Positions 42,583-51,499 of a stretch of 64,000 bases of DNA are shown here, piece by piece (the stretch's first letter is position 1; every line of letters starts with the position of its first letter). The stretch is from an alpha proteobacterium SCGC AAA028-C07 (GTDB taxonomy: Bacteria > Pseudomonadota > Alphaproteobacteria > Pelagibacterales > Pelagibacteraceae): assembly GCA_000419465.1 (NCBI GenBank), contig ATTB01000005.1, positions 9,209 to 73,208 of the forward strand. Reading direction: 5' to 3'. The notes under the pieces were generated by a model. It saw nothing but the letters and a program-made list of their open reading frames with translations, made no database searches and was not told the origin of the DNA. A program made the translations under genes and the position numbers.

Positions 42583-43362
42583 TTATTTCATCAGATTATT
42601 TGATCTTTTCAATAATAATGCTGGATTTGCAAAATCTTTTTTTCCATAAGTAATTTTTTTTCCTGAAAAGGTAGTTAGTATAGCTCCAGCATGTTCTGCG
42701 ATCGCATGTCCTGCTGCTATATCCCATTCTTTTGCTCTGGCTCTTGCTGCATAAATATCAAACTCACCAGCAGCTATTAGGCAAAATTTTAATGAACTTG
42801 AGCATTTTACAAATTTTGTAACATTGTTTTTTTTATGAATATTTAAAATAATATCGGAGGGAGTAGGACTGTTAGATAAAGCCAAGATCTCATTACTTTT
42901 TGATAATTTTTTACAATTTAATTTTACTTTAATATTCTTGTTAATTTCATAAGCATCATTTTTACCAAAAGAATAAAATAATCTTTTAAGTTTTGGAGCA
43001 TATATTACTCCAAGGACAGGTTTTTTATTTAAAATTAGAGCAGCGTTTAAAGTGTATTCATTTTTGTTTTTTATATATTCGCGAGTTCCATCGATTGGGT
43101 CAATTAGCCAGAAATTGTTATTATCAAATTTTTTTATTTCATTAACATTTTCTTCAGAAACTATTTGAATATCTGGGGTAAGATTTGAAATTGTTTCTTG
43201 CAATATTTCATCCACCAATAGATCTCCATTGGTAACTGGGGTGTTATCTTTTTTTATAGTAATTTTAAGGTTTTTACCTGAGAGCCTAATACTTTCTTTG
43301 CCAGCCTCATAAAAACTTGGAATTAGCTCTTCAGCTATTTTTTTTAAATTAATTTTTAGCAT
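42583..43362 (-). CDS. cysQ: 3'(2'),5'-bisphosphate nucleotidase
   Basis: KKDNTPVT, SEE, WLIDPIDGTREY, SSLKFC, EWDIAAG. Confidence 0.93.
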   Translation of the reverse strand: MLKINLKKIAEELIPSFYEAGKESIRLSGKNLKITIKKDNTPVTNGDLLVDEILQETISNLTPDIQIVSEENVNEIKKFDNNNFWLIDPIDGTREYIKNKNEYTLNAALILNKKPVLGVIYAPKLKRLFYSFGKNDAYEINKNIKVKLNCKKLSKSNEILALSNSPTPSDIILNIHKKNNVTKFVKCSSSLKFCLIAAGEFDIYAARARAKEWDIAAGHAIAEHAGAILTTFSGKKITYGKKDFANPALLLKRSNNLMK

Positions 43363-43525
43363 TTATTTTTTCTAGCAACACTATGTCGGCAATAATCGTT
43401 TTTTTTCCAGCATTTTCAAAGTTTACAGTTACGATGTTTTTAATAATAGATTGTATTTGACCAGTTCCCCATTCTTTATTTTTAGGATTGATGACATAGT
43501 CACCTGGTTCATAATCAAAAATCAT
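43349..43525 (-). CDS. DUF3553-like small protein, 58 aa
   Basis: Manual translation MIFDYEPGDYVINPKNKEWGTGQIQSIIKNIVTVNFENAGKKTI; overlaps cysQ start; below ORF-track cutoff. Confidence 0.85.
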   Translation of the reverse strand: MIFDYEPGDYVINPKNKEWGTGQIQSIIKNIVTVNFENAGKKTIIADIVLLEKINAKN

Positions 43526-43577
43526 TTTTTATTTATACTTATTTATTTCTATAATGTAAGAGTGTCTGAATATTGTC

Positions 43578-44714
43578 ATGACAACAATACTTAAAACAAA
43601 ATCAAATAATAATTTATTAGGACTGGACAAACCACCAAGCGAGACCAAAGTTGTGGTTGCAATGTCAGGGGGCGTTGATTCATCAGTTGTTGCTGGCTTA
43701 ATGAAAATGAATGGTTATCAAGTTATTGGCATGACTTTGCAACTTTATGACTATGCTCAAATTAATAAAAAACCTGGCACCTGTTGTGCAGGACAAGATA
43801 TTTACGATGCAAAAAGAGTTTCGGAAAAATTAGAAATTGATCATTATGTTTTAAATTATGAAAGTAAATTTAAGAATGAAGTTATAGAAAAATTTGCAGA
43901 TTCCTATCTAAGAGGAGAAACACCAATCCCTTGTGTAAACTGTAATCAAACAGTTAAGTTTCGAGATTTATTTGAGTCAGCCAAAAATTTAAAAGCCGAT
44001 GCTTTAATTACCGGTCATTATGTAAAAAAAATTATAGATAATAATATTTCTAAAATGTACAGACCGAAAGATTTAAATCGCGATCAGACTTATTTCTTGT
44101 TTGCAACAACGCAAGAGCAATTAAATTATTTACATTTTCCATTAGGAGATCTTCCAAAAGAAGAAACTAGAAATATTGCGAAACAACTTAATCTGGAAGT
44201 TGCTGATAAACCAGATAGTCAAGATATTTGCTTTGTACCAGATGGTAATTATGTTTCTGTTATTGAGCGTTTAAGACCAGAGGCACATGAGCCTGGAAAT
44301 ATTGTTGACACTAAAGGAAATGTTTTAGGAAAACATAAAGGAATTATTAATTTTACCATCGGACAAAGGAAGGGAATAAAAATTTCAGGAGAAATTCCTT
44401 ATTATGTAGTTAAAATTAATGCAGAGACTAAAGAAGTTGTAATTGGAAAAAAAGAGGAATTAGAAATTAAAAAACTAAAAATTGAAGATATTAATTATCT
44501 TTCAGATAAGCAAAACGATTTTAATGAAAATATATTTGTTAAAGTAAGATCAACTGGAAAGCTTATAGAGTCCAAATTAGATGTTAATACTGGAACTGTT
44601 ACTTTTGAAAAAGGTGAGTTTGGAGTATCCCCAGGTCAGGCATGCGTATTTTATAAACCCGACCAATTGGGTGTTAGAGTTTTAGGTGGTGGCTGGATAA
44701 GAGCTACAGAGTAA
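43578..44714 (+). CDS. mnmA: tRNA-specific 2-thiouridylase
   Basis: AMSGGVDSS, TPIPCVNCN, TGHY, RDQTYFL, DSQDICF, TIGQRKG, PGQACV. Confidence 0.97.
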   Translation: MTTILKTKSNNNLLGLDKPPSETKVVVAMSGGVDSSVVAGLMKMNGYQVIGMTLQLYDYAQINKKPGTCCAGQDIYDAKRVSEKLEIDHYVLNYESKFKNEVIEKFADSYLRGETPIPCVNCNQTVKFRDLFESAKNLKADALITGHYVKKIIDNNISKMYRPKDLNRDQTYFLFATTQEQLNYLHFPLGDLPKEETRNIAKQLNLEVADKPDSQDICFVPDGNYVSVIERLRPEAHEPGNIVDTKGNVLGKHKGIINFTIGQRKGIKISGEIPYYVVKINAETKEVVIGKKEELEIKKLKIEDINYLSDKQNDFNENIFVKVRSTGKLIESKLDVNTGTVTFEKGEFGVSPGQACVFYKPDQLGVRVLGGGWIRATE

Positions 44715-44720
44715 AAGAAA

Positions 44721-44804
44721 TTATTTCTTTTTATTTCTTCTTCTGTTTCTTCTTATTTTTGAGCCAACTTTTCTTCGGCCTCTATGTTTTTTTGGGTATC
44801 CCAT
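44721..44804 (-). CDS. 27-aa highly basic microprotein (candidate small ribosomal or RNA-binding protein)
   Basis: ATG 44804 to TAA 44721: MGYPKKHRGRRKVGSKIRRNRRRNKKK; 8 Arg + 7 Lys, no acidic residues; fills the gap after mnmA. Confidence 0.65.
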   Translation of the reverse strand: MGYPKKHRGRRKVGSKIRRNRRRNKKK

Positions 44805-44916
44805 TTTTTAATATTAAAAGTTTGTATTCAAATTAATTACCAAAAGAAAAAACAAACACAAGTACGTTTTTTAAATACAATTTGATTTTTTTCACAGTTA
44901 TGATTTAACAACGCTG

Positions 44917-45108
44917 ATGGGGATTTTTAAAGATAAAGTCGATGTTATTTACCGGTCTGATTTTGATAAGACAAATAAAGCTGATATTAGAACTTTAGTT
45001 CTTGAGAAAAACGCAAGAGATAAATACGATAAAAAAATCCAAAATAGAATTGTTGTAATTTTATTTTTCTGTTTAATAATTGGAGTTGGTTTAACTTTAA
45101 TTAAATAA
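44917..45108 (+). CDS. small hypothetical protein with C-terminal TM helix
   Basis: Soluble N-terminus then IVVILFFCLIIGVGLTLI. Confidence 0.6.
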   Translation: MGIFKDKVDVIYRSDFDKTNKADIRTLVLEKNARDKYDKKIQNRIVVILFFCLIIGVGLTLIK

Positions 45109-45132
45109 TTCTAAATTTCAAATATCTATAAA

Positions 45133-45558
45133 ATGTTTACTCAATCATTTGAGGAATTGAGCATTAAAACAAGCGGTAATAGGTTAATTAAAATTACAGA
45201 AAAAATATTAAATTTTGTAGATCGTTCCAAAATTTCAAATGGAATAATAAATATATCAATTTTACATACAAGCGCTTCATTAATTATCCAAGAAAATGCA
45301 GATGATGATGTTCAAAAAGATATATTAAATTTTTACGATAAATTAGTACCTATGGATAAAGATTTATACATTCATAATACTGAAGGAAAAGATGATATGC
45401 CAGCTCATATCAAGTCCACTTTAACCAATAGTAATTTAACTTTGAGTATAAAAAATAATAAATTAATCCTTGGAACTTGGCAGGGGATATATTTATTTGA
45501 ACATAGAATTGAACAGCAGATAAGAAAAGTTTTTTTACATCTCCTTGGAGAAAAATAA
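45133..45558 (+). CDS. yjbQ: YjbQ/UPF0047 family protein (secondary thiamine-phosphate synthase)
   Basis: HTSASLIIQEN, EGKDDMPAHIKS, LGTWQGIYLFEHR. Confidence 0.92.
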   Translation: MFTQSFEELSIKTSGNRLIKITEKILNFVDRSKISNGIINISILHTSASLIIQENADDDVQKDILNFYDKLVPMDKDLYIHNTEGKDDMPAHIKSTLTNSNLTLSIKNNKLILGTWQGIYLFEHRIEQQIRKVFLHLLGEK

Positions 45559-45560
45559 TC

Positions 45561-46322
45561 ATGAGTTCTTCATTAAATATTGTTTTAATAGTTGGTAGCG
45601 CCCCTGATGCTTTGATGATTAAAGATCGAGATCTGTCTTTATTTTCAAGCTGCGTTGTTATTAATAATGCTTGGCAATTAAATAAAGATTGGGATTATTT
45701 AATTTATCCCGAAGATTTTCCAGATAAAAATTTACCTCCAGATACAGTCTTGTCTAAAAAAAAAATAATTACGGCTCGAGAATATGTGCCTGAACAAAAT
45801 TTTTTTGGAGGATTTGTTTATGGTGGTGGTACGATGGCTTTCACTGCTGGTTATTGGGCCTTGGGTGCCTTAAAGCCAGATATTATCGCATACTTAGGTT
45901 GTGACATGATTTATCCATCAGAAAAAAAAACACCAAGTCATTTTTATGGAAATGGCGAAGCTGACCCTTTACGTTCAGATATTACATTGCAGTCTCTTGA
46001 AGCAAAGTCTGTTCGTTTAATGGCGTTAGCGCAAATTAATAATTGCTCAATAGTCAATCTGTCTAAGCTACCTGAATCACGATTATTATTTCCACGCACT
46101 TCTATAACTAAACTCTTAAAAAAAAATGATAAAAAAAAATCATTATATTCACAAGAATTAAAATTAGATTCTAGATCAATAAAAAGAGCTTTAGATCTTG
46201 AAGGGGAGTTGGCATATATGGTTCCTTCAGGAAAATACTGGGAGTCCCCAGTCGAATTTGACCGATCCAAATTAAGTGAAATAGATTCTCTATGGCTCAA
46301 GTCTGCGTCTAAATTAAATTAG
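45561..46322 (+). CDS. hypothetical protein, possible DUF115/sialyltransferase-like Rossmann fold
   Basis: VLIVGSAP, VVINNAW, IAYLGCD, SHFYG motifs. Confidence 0.55.
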   Translation: MSSSLNIVLIVGSAPDALMIKDRDLSLFSSCVVINNAWQLNKDWDYLIYPEDFPDKNLPPDTVLSKKKIITAREYVPEQNFFGGFVYGGGTMAFTAGYWALGALKPDIIAYLGCDMIYPSEKKTPSHFYGNGEADPLRSDITLQSLEAKSVRLMALAQINNCSIVNLSKLPESRLLFPRTSITKLLKKNDKKKSLYSQELKLDSRSIKRALDLEGELAYMVPSGKYWESPVEFDRSKLSEIDSLWLKSASKLN

Positions 46323-46457
46323 AAGATAGTTATATTAATTTTGATAACGTAGTATGACCGTAATCAAAGAGTAAAACATAACTATTATTCACAAAAGTTT
46401 ATACTTATGTTAATCAAAGCTCTTTAATAGCAGAGTAAAACTGCGAGTTTAACAAAT

Positions 46458-46534
46458 GGCGGGGTAGCTCAGTTGGTTAGAGCGCAGGACTCATAAGCCT
46501 GAGGTCGGTGGTTCGATCCCACTTCCCGCTACCA
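46458..46534 (+). tRNA. tRNA-Met (CAU), elongator type
   Basis: GGCGGGGTAGCTCAGTTGGTTAGAGCG, anticodon loop CTCATAA, GGTTCGATCC, ACCA end; lacks initiator GGG/CCC anticodon stem. Confidence 0.93.
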
Positions 46535-46547
46535 AATAATTTAAATT

Positions 46548-47345
46548 ATGTTTAACGTATCTTGTATTCAACTCACATCAGATAATAACGTCTTTTCTAA
46601 TTTAGAAAAAACAACAGATTTAATAATTGATTCAATTAAGAAAAAAGCCGATCTAATTATCACTCCAGAAAATACTTCTTTATTTACGTTAGATCATAGA
46701 GAGCTTTTAGAAAAAGCAGAAGAAATGAATAATAATTTTTTTTTAGAATCCATAAGTAGAATTTCAAAAAGTTATAAAAAATGGATTTTAATTGGATCTT
46801 TACCAATAAAATTATCTAAAAAAATATTAGCAAATAGATCTGTGCTTTTTAATCCAAATGGAAAAGTTGCAAGCTTTTATGATAAAATTCATATGTTTGA
46901 TGTTACGCTTTCAAAAAAAGAAAAATATGAGGAGTCTAAAAAATTTTTAGCTGGTAAAAAAAAAGTTTTAGCTAAATTACCGTGGGGTTCATTGGGTCTT
47001 ACTATTTGTTATGATGTTCGTTTCCCAAGCCTATATAGAGAGCTTGCAATAAGAGGAGCAATTTTTATGGCAGTTCCTTCAGCTTTTACAAAAACAACGG
47101 GAGAAAAACACTGGCATACTTTGTTAAAGGCAAGAGCTATTGAAAATTTTTCTTATGTATTTGCAGCTGCACAAACAGGAAAACATTACAACGATAGATT
47201 AACATATGGTCATTCTTTAATTGTTTCTCCAGATGGCGAGATATTAAAAGAAAAGAAAAAGGGAGAAGGTTTTATTATTGCAAGTATAGATGAAAATCTT
47301 CCAAAGAAATTAAGAGCTAAAATTCCAAGTCTTAAATCAAATTAA
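46548..47345 (+). CDS. carbon-nitrogen hydrolase (Nit1-like deaminated glutathione amidase)
   Basis: TPEN, YDKIHMFDV, ICYDVRFP, ARAIEN, YGHS. Confidence 0.92.
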   Translation: MFNVSCIQLTSDNNVFSNLEKTTDLIIDSIKKKADLIITPENTSLFTLDHRELLEKAEEMNNNFFLESISRISKSYKKWILIGSLPIKLSKKILANRSVLFNPNGKVASFYDKIHMFDVTLSKKEKYEESKKFLAGKKKVLAKLPWGSLGLTICYDVRFPSLYRELAIRGAIFMAVPSAFTKTTGEKHWHTLLKARAIENFSYVFAAAQTGKHYNDRLTYGHSLIVSPDGEILKEKKKGEGFIIASIDENLPKKLRAKIPSLKSN

Positions 47346-47740
47346 TATTTTTTATAGCTTTTTACTTCAGAAATATTAGACCTAGTTAAGTTGTTAATCT
47401 TGTTTTTAACACGCGATCTCTCATCGTTAGTAAAATAAACTGCCCTTGCGAGTTTTATAAATTTATCTTGAAAATTTCTTTTTCTTTCGCAATCTCTAAT
47501 ATCGTCCTCGATTTTCCAAAGCTTAAGATTAACTGATTTAAGTTTTTTATATAATTTCGTTAGTGATTTAGATTTTTTAACATTTTCATTAACAGTTTCC
47601 TGCAGAGACCCGAGTTCTTTTAAGACAATATTTCTTTTACTTCTGTCTTTAATTTTATTTTTTTTAATCTCAAGAATAGAGATTTTATCAAATAACTCAC
47701 CAGCAGATATCTCTGAATAAATTTTTTTTGTAATTTCCAT
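47342..47740 (-). CDS. DUF6165-like protein
   Basis: SAGELFDKISILEIK, LWKIEDDIR, FIKLARAVYFTNDER. Confidence 0.8.
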   Translation of the reverse strand: MEITKKIYSEISAGELFDKISILEIKKNKIKDRSKRNIVLKELGSLQETVNENVKKSKSLTKLYKKLKSVNLKLWKIEDDIRDCERKRNFQDKFIKLARAVYFTNDERSRVKNKINNLTRSNISEVKSYKKY

Positions 47741-47769
47741 AATTAATCAATAATGTTCTTTTATAATAT

Positions 47770-48681
47770 ATGTCAAATATTTTAATAATAAAACTTGGCT
47801 CTCTTGGTGATGTTGTTCAAATTTCTGGAGCTTTAAGAGACATCAGAGAGCATCATAAGAATGAAAAAATTACAATCTTAACCACTTCTAAATATTTAAA
47901 TTTATTTAAAAATTGTCCTTATGTAGATGACTGTTTAGAAGATGAGAGACTTCCTAGATATAATATATTTTATCTTTTAAGATTAAGAAAAATTGTCAAT
48001 TCTTTAAACTTTAATAAAGTTTATGATTTGCAAAACTCCAATAGAACAAGTTTTTATAGAAAATTTCTTTTTAATATAAAAGACTGGTCATCATCTAAAG
48101 ATATTCCAGATAACAAATATAATATTTCAGTATTACAAAGATTTGATGAACAATTAAGAAAATCAAATATTCAAACTCTTTATACTTTAAAACCAGATTT
48201 TAGTTGGGCTGCTGAGAAAACTAATAGCTATAATCTTGGTACTGACAAAAAATATGTTTTATTTTTTCCTTTTTGTTCTAAGGATTTAATTCATAAACGA
48301 TGGCCTTATTTTCCTGAGTTAATCAATTTAATAAAGAAAAATCATCCCCAATACGCGTTGGTAGTTGCTCCTGGTCCAGGTGAGATAGAAGAGGCTAAAA
48401 GTTTAGATATTAAAATTGCTTTAAATAATAATTTACCTTTAAATTTTTTTGAACTTGCTTCTTTAATAAAAAAATCCCATTTAGTTATTGCTAATGATAC
48501 AGGACCAGCTCACATGGCTGCTCATCTAGGCGCTAGAGGCTTTACGTTATTTGGTCCACACACAACTCCTGAAAAAGTTTCAATTGAGAGAGAAAAGTTT
48601 ATTGCTCTACAGACAATGGATCTCAAATCTCTTTTTGCTGATAGAGTTTATGCTTTAATCAAGAGCTCTATTGCAAATTAA
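47770..48681 (+). CDS. glycosyltransferase family 9 (LPS heptosyltransferase-like)
   Basis: ILIIKLGSLGDVV, KRWP, NDTGPAHMAA, LFGP. Confidence 0.92.
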   Translation: MSNILIIKLGSLGDVVQISGALRDIREHHKNEKITILTTSKYLNLFKNCPYVDDCLEDERLPRYNIFYLLRLRKIVNSLNFNKVYDLQNSNRTSFYRKFLFNIKDWSSSKDIPDNKYNISVLQRFDEQLRKSNIQTLYTLKPDFSWAAEKTNSYNLGTDKKYVLFFPFCSKDLIHKRWPYFPELINLIKKNHPQYALVVAPGPGEIEEAKSLDIKIALNNNLPLNFFELASLIKKSHLVIANDTGPAHMAAHLGARGFTLFGPHTTPEKVSIEREKFIALQTMDLKSLFADRVYALIKSSIAN

Positions 48682-49768
48682 GAAGATTTTCATATTTTTT
48701 AATTATCTCTTTCCAATAAAATTTTTTAGAAAATTCTTTTGCATTTTTTCCAAGTTCTAAATATTTTTTATTTTGAATTATATTTTTTAATGCATCATAA
48801 ATTTCAGAGTGATCAAACCCATTACATAATAGACCGGTTTTATTATCTTGAACTGCATCAGGCGCTCCTCCATCTTTTCCAGCAATTGATGGAATTCCGT
48901 AGCTTGCGGCTTCAATATAACTAATCCCAAACCCCTCAACTGAATTTCCTTCAATCCTTGCAGGCATTAAAAAAATATTTGAATTTTTAAGCAGAGCGTT
49001 CTTTAAATCAAAGTTAATATTTTTAAGAAAAATCACATTATTTTCTAAATTAAGAACTTTAGTAGTTTTTTTTAAATTTTCTTCCTCATCCCCATTTCCA
49101 ACAATGACATATTTAAAGTTTGGATAGATTGCTTGAATATTTTTTAAAGCTAATAAAGAAAAATCAATTCCTTTTCTTTTATCAAATCTTGAAACAGTGA
49201 TGATTTTAATATCGGAATTTCCAAATATTTCTTTAGCTTCATCATCGGCTTCTGAGCTGATCGTTTGAGGTTCATTAATGCCAGGATTTATCACATGTAT
49301 CTTCCCATGATCACAACCTTTCTCTGCTGCCAATTTTTTTGTATATTCTGAGTTTGCAATTATGTATTTAGCTTTCGCTAATGAATTAATAGATCTTTTG
49401 TTAGTAAAACTTCCAAGGGGATGATTAATTTCTTTTCCATGAATTAGACATAAAATTGGAATTTTATCTGATATATTTTCAGTAATTAATTCAATACTTT
49501 TCCAGTGATCAGCAATTATAGCTTTAACTGAATTACTTTTAATAACTTCTTTTAAAAGATTAAATTTTCTATATTTTTTTAATATTTTAAGACCACCCAT
49601 TCTATTAGTTTCAAAGTTATTTTTTTTGTCATAACTTTCATCGCCAGCAAATGAATTAGCCAAAACTTTAATTGGATGAAAATTGCTTATATGAGTTGCA
49701 AGACCACCCATTAAACTTTGCATTCCACCAAGTTCAGGAGGGTAACTTCTTGTTGTTATAATAATCAT
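48668..49768 (-). CDS. glycosyltransferase family 4
   Basis: YPPELGGM, SRFDKRKG, EGFGISYIEAA. Confidence 0.93.
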   Translation of the reverse strand: MIIITTRSYPPELGGMQSLMGGLATHISNFHPIKVLANSFAGDESYDKKNNFETNRMGGLKILKKYRKFNLLKEVIKSNSVKAIIADHWKSIELITENISDKIPILCLIHGKEINHPLGSFTNKRSINSLAKAKYIIANSEYTKKLAAEKGCDHGKIHVINPGINEPQTISSEADDEAKEIFGNSDIKIITVSRFDKRKGIDFSLLALKNIQAIYPNFKYVIVGNGDEEENLKKTTKVLNLENNVIFLKNINFDLKNALLKNSNIFLMPARIEGNSVEGFGISYIEAASYGIPSIAGKDGGAPDAVQDNKTGLLCNGFDHSEIYDALKNIIQNKKYLELGKNAKEFSKKFYWKEIIKKYENLLNLQ

Positions 49769-49772
49769 TTAA

Positions 49773-50324
49773 TTATTTTTTCCATTTAATGTTACATCCC
49801 ATGCTTGGATATTGTTGTTTTGGTCCATTTGAAGTTTTTGCAATTAATTCCATTGCACTTAAAAGATCATTTGCCTTCTCTGTTGGTTTGAGATTTTTCA
49901 TTTCTCTTATTCTACCTCGATACTGAAGTTCATCATTTTTGTTATATCCAAAAAAATCTGGGGTGCATACTGCTCCGTAAGTTTTGGCAATTTCTTGAGT
50001 TCCATCATACAAATATGGAAATTTAAAATTATTTATTTTTGAAAATTTTTTCATATTTTTAAAACTATCTTCAGGATAATTATTTGTATCATTTGACATT
50101 ATTGCAACTGAATTAATCCCAAGTTTTGACAGCTTATTAGTCACATCCACCAATTCCTCAATTATAGCTTTTACATAAGGACAGTGGTTACAAATAAATG
50201 CAATTAAAGTTCCATTTTGACCTTTAATTTCTTTAAACGAAATGAATGTATCTTCAGTAGATAATAATTTAAATTCTTTAATCTTTTCTCCAAAATTGCA
50301 CACCGGAGTTTCAGTGAGAGACAT
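49773..50324 (-). CDS. thioredoxin-family (AhpC/TSA-like) protein
   Basis: FICNHCPYV, YPEDS, YGAVCTPDFF, PSMGCNIKW. Confidence 0.9.
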   Translation of the reverse strand: MSLTETPVCNFGEKIKEFKLLSTEDTFISFKEIKGQNGTLIAFICNHCPYVKAIIEELVDVTNKLSKLGINSVAIMSNDTNNYPEDSFKNMKKFSKINNFKFPYLYDGTQEIAKTYGAVCTPDFFGYNKNDELQYRGRIREMKNLKPTEKANDLLSAMELIAKTSNGPKQQYPSMGCNIKWKK

Positions 50325-50365
50325 AATTTTATTTTACTATTTGGAATATTTGTTATGAATATAAC

Positions 50366-50884
50366 ATGATTTTTGAACTAGGTAATAAAAGATTAAAAGA
50401 CGATGGAAAATATTGGGTTGCGCCATCGGCAAATGTAATTGGCGATGTAACTTTAAAAAATGATTCTAGCGTTTGGTTTAATGCTGTTATCAGAGGAGAT
50501 ATAGAAAACATTACCTTGGGTGAGGGCAGTAATGTTCAAGACAATAGCGTTCTGCATACTGACAAAGGATGCCCATTAAAAATTGGTAAGATGGTAACCG
50601 TTGGTCATTTGGTTATGTTACACGGGTGCACTATCATGGATAATAGTTTGATTGGTATTGGCTCAACAATTTTAAATAAAAGTATTATTGGCAATAACTG
50701 TATTATTGGTGCCAATAGTTTAATTACTGAAGGTAAAATAATTCCAGACAATTCTTTAGTTATGGGAAGTCCTGGAAAAGTAATTAGACAAGTTACTGAG
50801 GAAGAAAAAAAAGCAATCACTGCAAACGCTCAGCATTATATAGATAACTGGAAGAAATACGTAAAAGACCTTAAAAAAATTTAA
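50366..50884 (+). CDS. gamma carbonic anhydrase family protein
   Basis: IGDV, RGD, NVQD..LH, GHLVMLHGC hexapeptide repeats. Confidence 0.92.
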   Translation: MIFELGNKRLKDDGKYWVAPSANVIGDVTLKNDSSVWFNAVIRGDIENITLGEGSNVQDNSVLHTDKGCPLKIGKMVTVGHLVMLHGCTIMDNSLIGIGSTILNKSIIGNNCIIGANSLITEGKIIPDNSLVMGSPGKVIRQVTEEEKKAITANAQHYIDNWKKYVKDLKKI

Positions 50885-51489
50885 GGTACCAACCAAGTAC
50901 TTTTGTTTTCATCTAGTATAAATTTAGCTCGTCTATGTCCTTGTGAAGCTAAATATAGCCATTCAAAACTTTTAATTTTACTCTCAACAACACAAAAATT
51001 TTTATAACCCATTTCACTTTGTTCAAGACTTGGAAGAGTACCACCCATATCTTTTGATAAATCAGAGGCAGACTCATTAATTAAATCACCAGGAGCTTGG
51101 GGTGATAGGTAACATTTTCTACTCATCATTTGCGTTTTAGTCCAAGCTTGTTTTGTAATTTCATTATCTTTGTGAATTGTTACAATTCCTTCAGCGCGAA
51201 CCTGAATTTTTCTTTTTTTATTATAAAATACGAAATTTATTTTCTTATTATTTTTTAAATAATCAATCTTTGGAGATCTATAATCAGTATGAAATCTTAA
51301 GATATTTTTGTCTTTAAACGCGCCTCTTAGTACAACAATTCTTCCATCAGCACCTTGATCAGAATTAACAATTACAACGGGTAATCTAAAATCTTCTTCT
51401 CGTTCAGAAACTCCTTTTTGTAAAAGATTCCAGATTTCATTTAATATTAAATCAATATTATTATAGTAATCTGGAATATCGTTAATCAC
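50881..51489 (-). CDS. pyridoxamine 5'-phosphate oxidase family FMN-binding protein
   Basis: RIVVLR, FHTDYRSPK, QVR, WLYL...GHRR, WLVP. Confidence 0.85.
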   Translation of the reverse strand: MINDIPDYYNNIDLILNEIWNLLQKGVSEREEDFRLPVVIVNSDQGADGRIVVLRGAFKDKNILRFHTDYRSPKIDYLKNNKKINFVFYNKKRKIQVRAEGIVTIHKDNEITKQAWTKTQMMSRKCYLSPQAPGDLINESASDLSKDMGGTLPSLEQSEMGYKNFCVVESKIKSFEWLYLASQGHRRAKFILDENKSTWLVP

Positions 51490-51499
51490 TCTTGTTAAC

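Noticed and set aside
46458-46534. CAU tRNA as initiator Met or Ile2
   Set aside because: Lacks the three G-C pairs and 1:72 mismatch of the initiator; the GGCGG acceptor stem fits elongator Met better than Ile2
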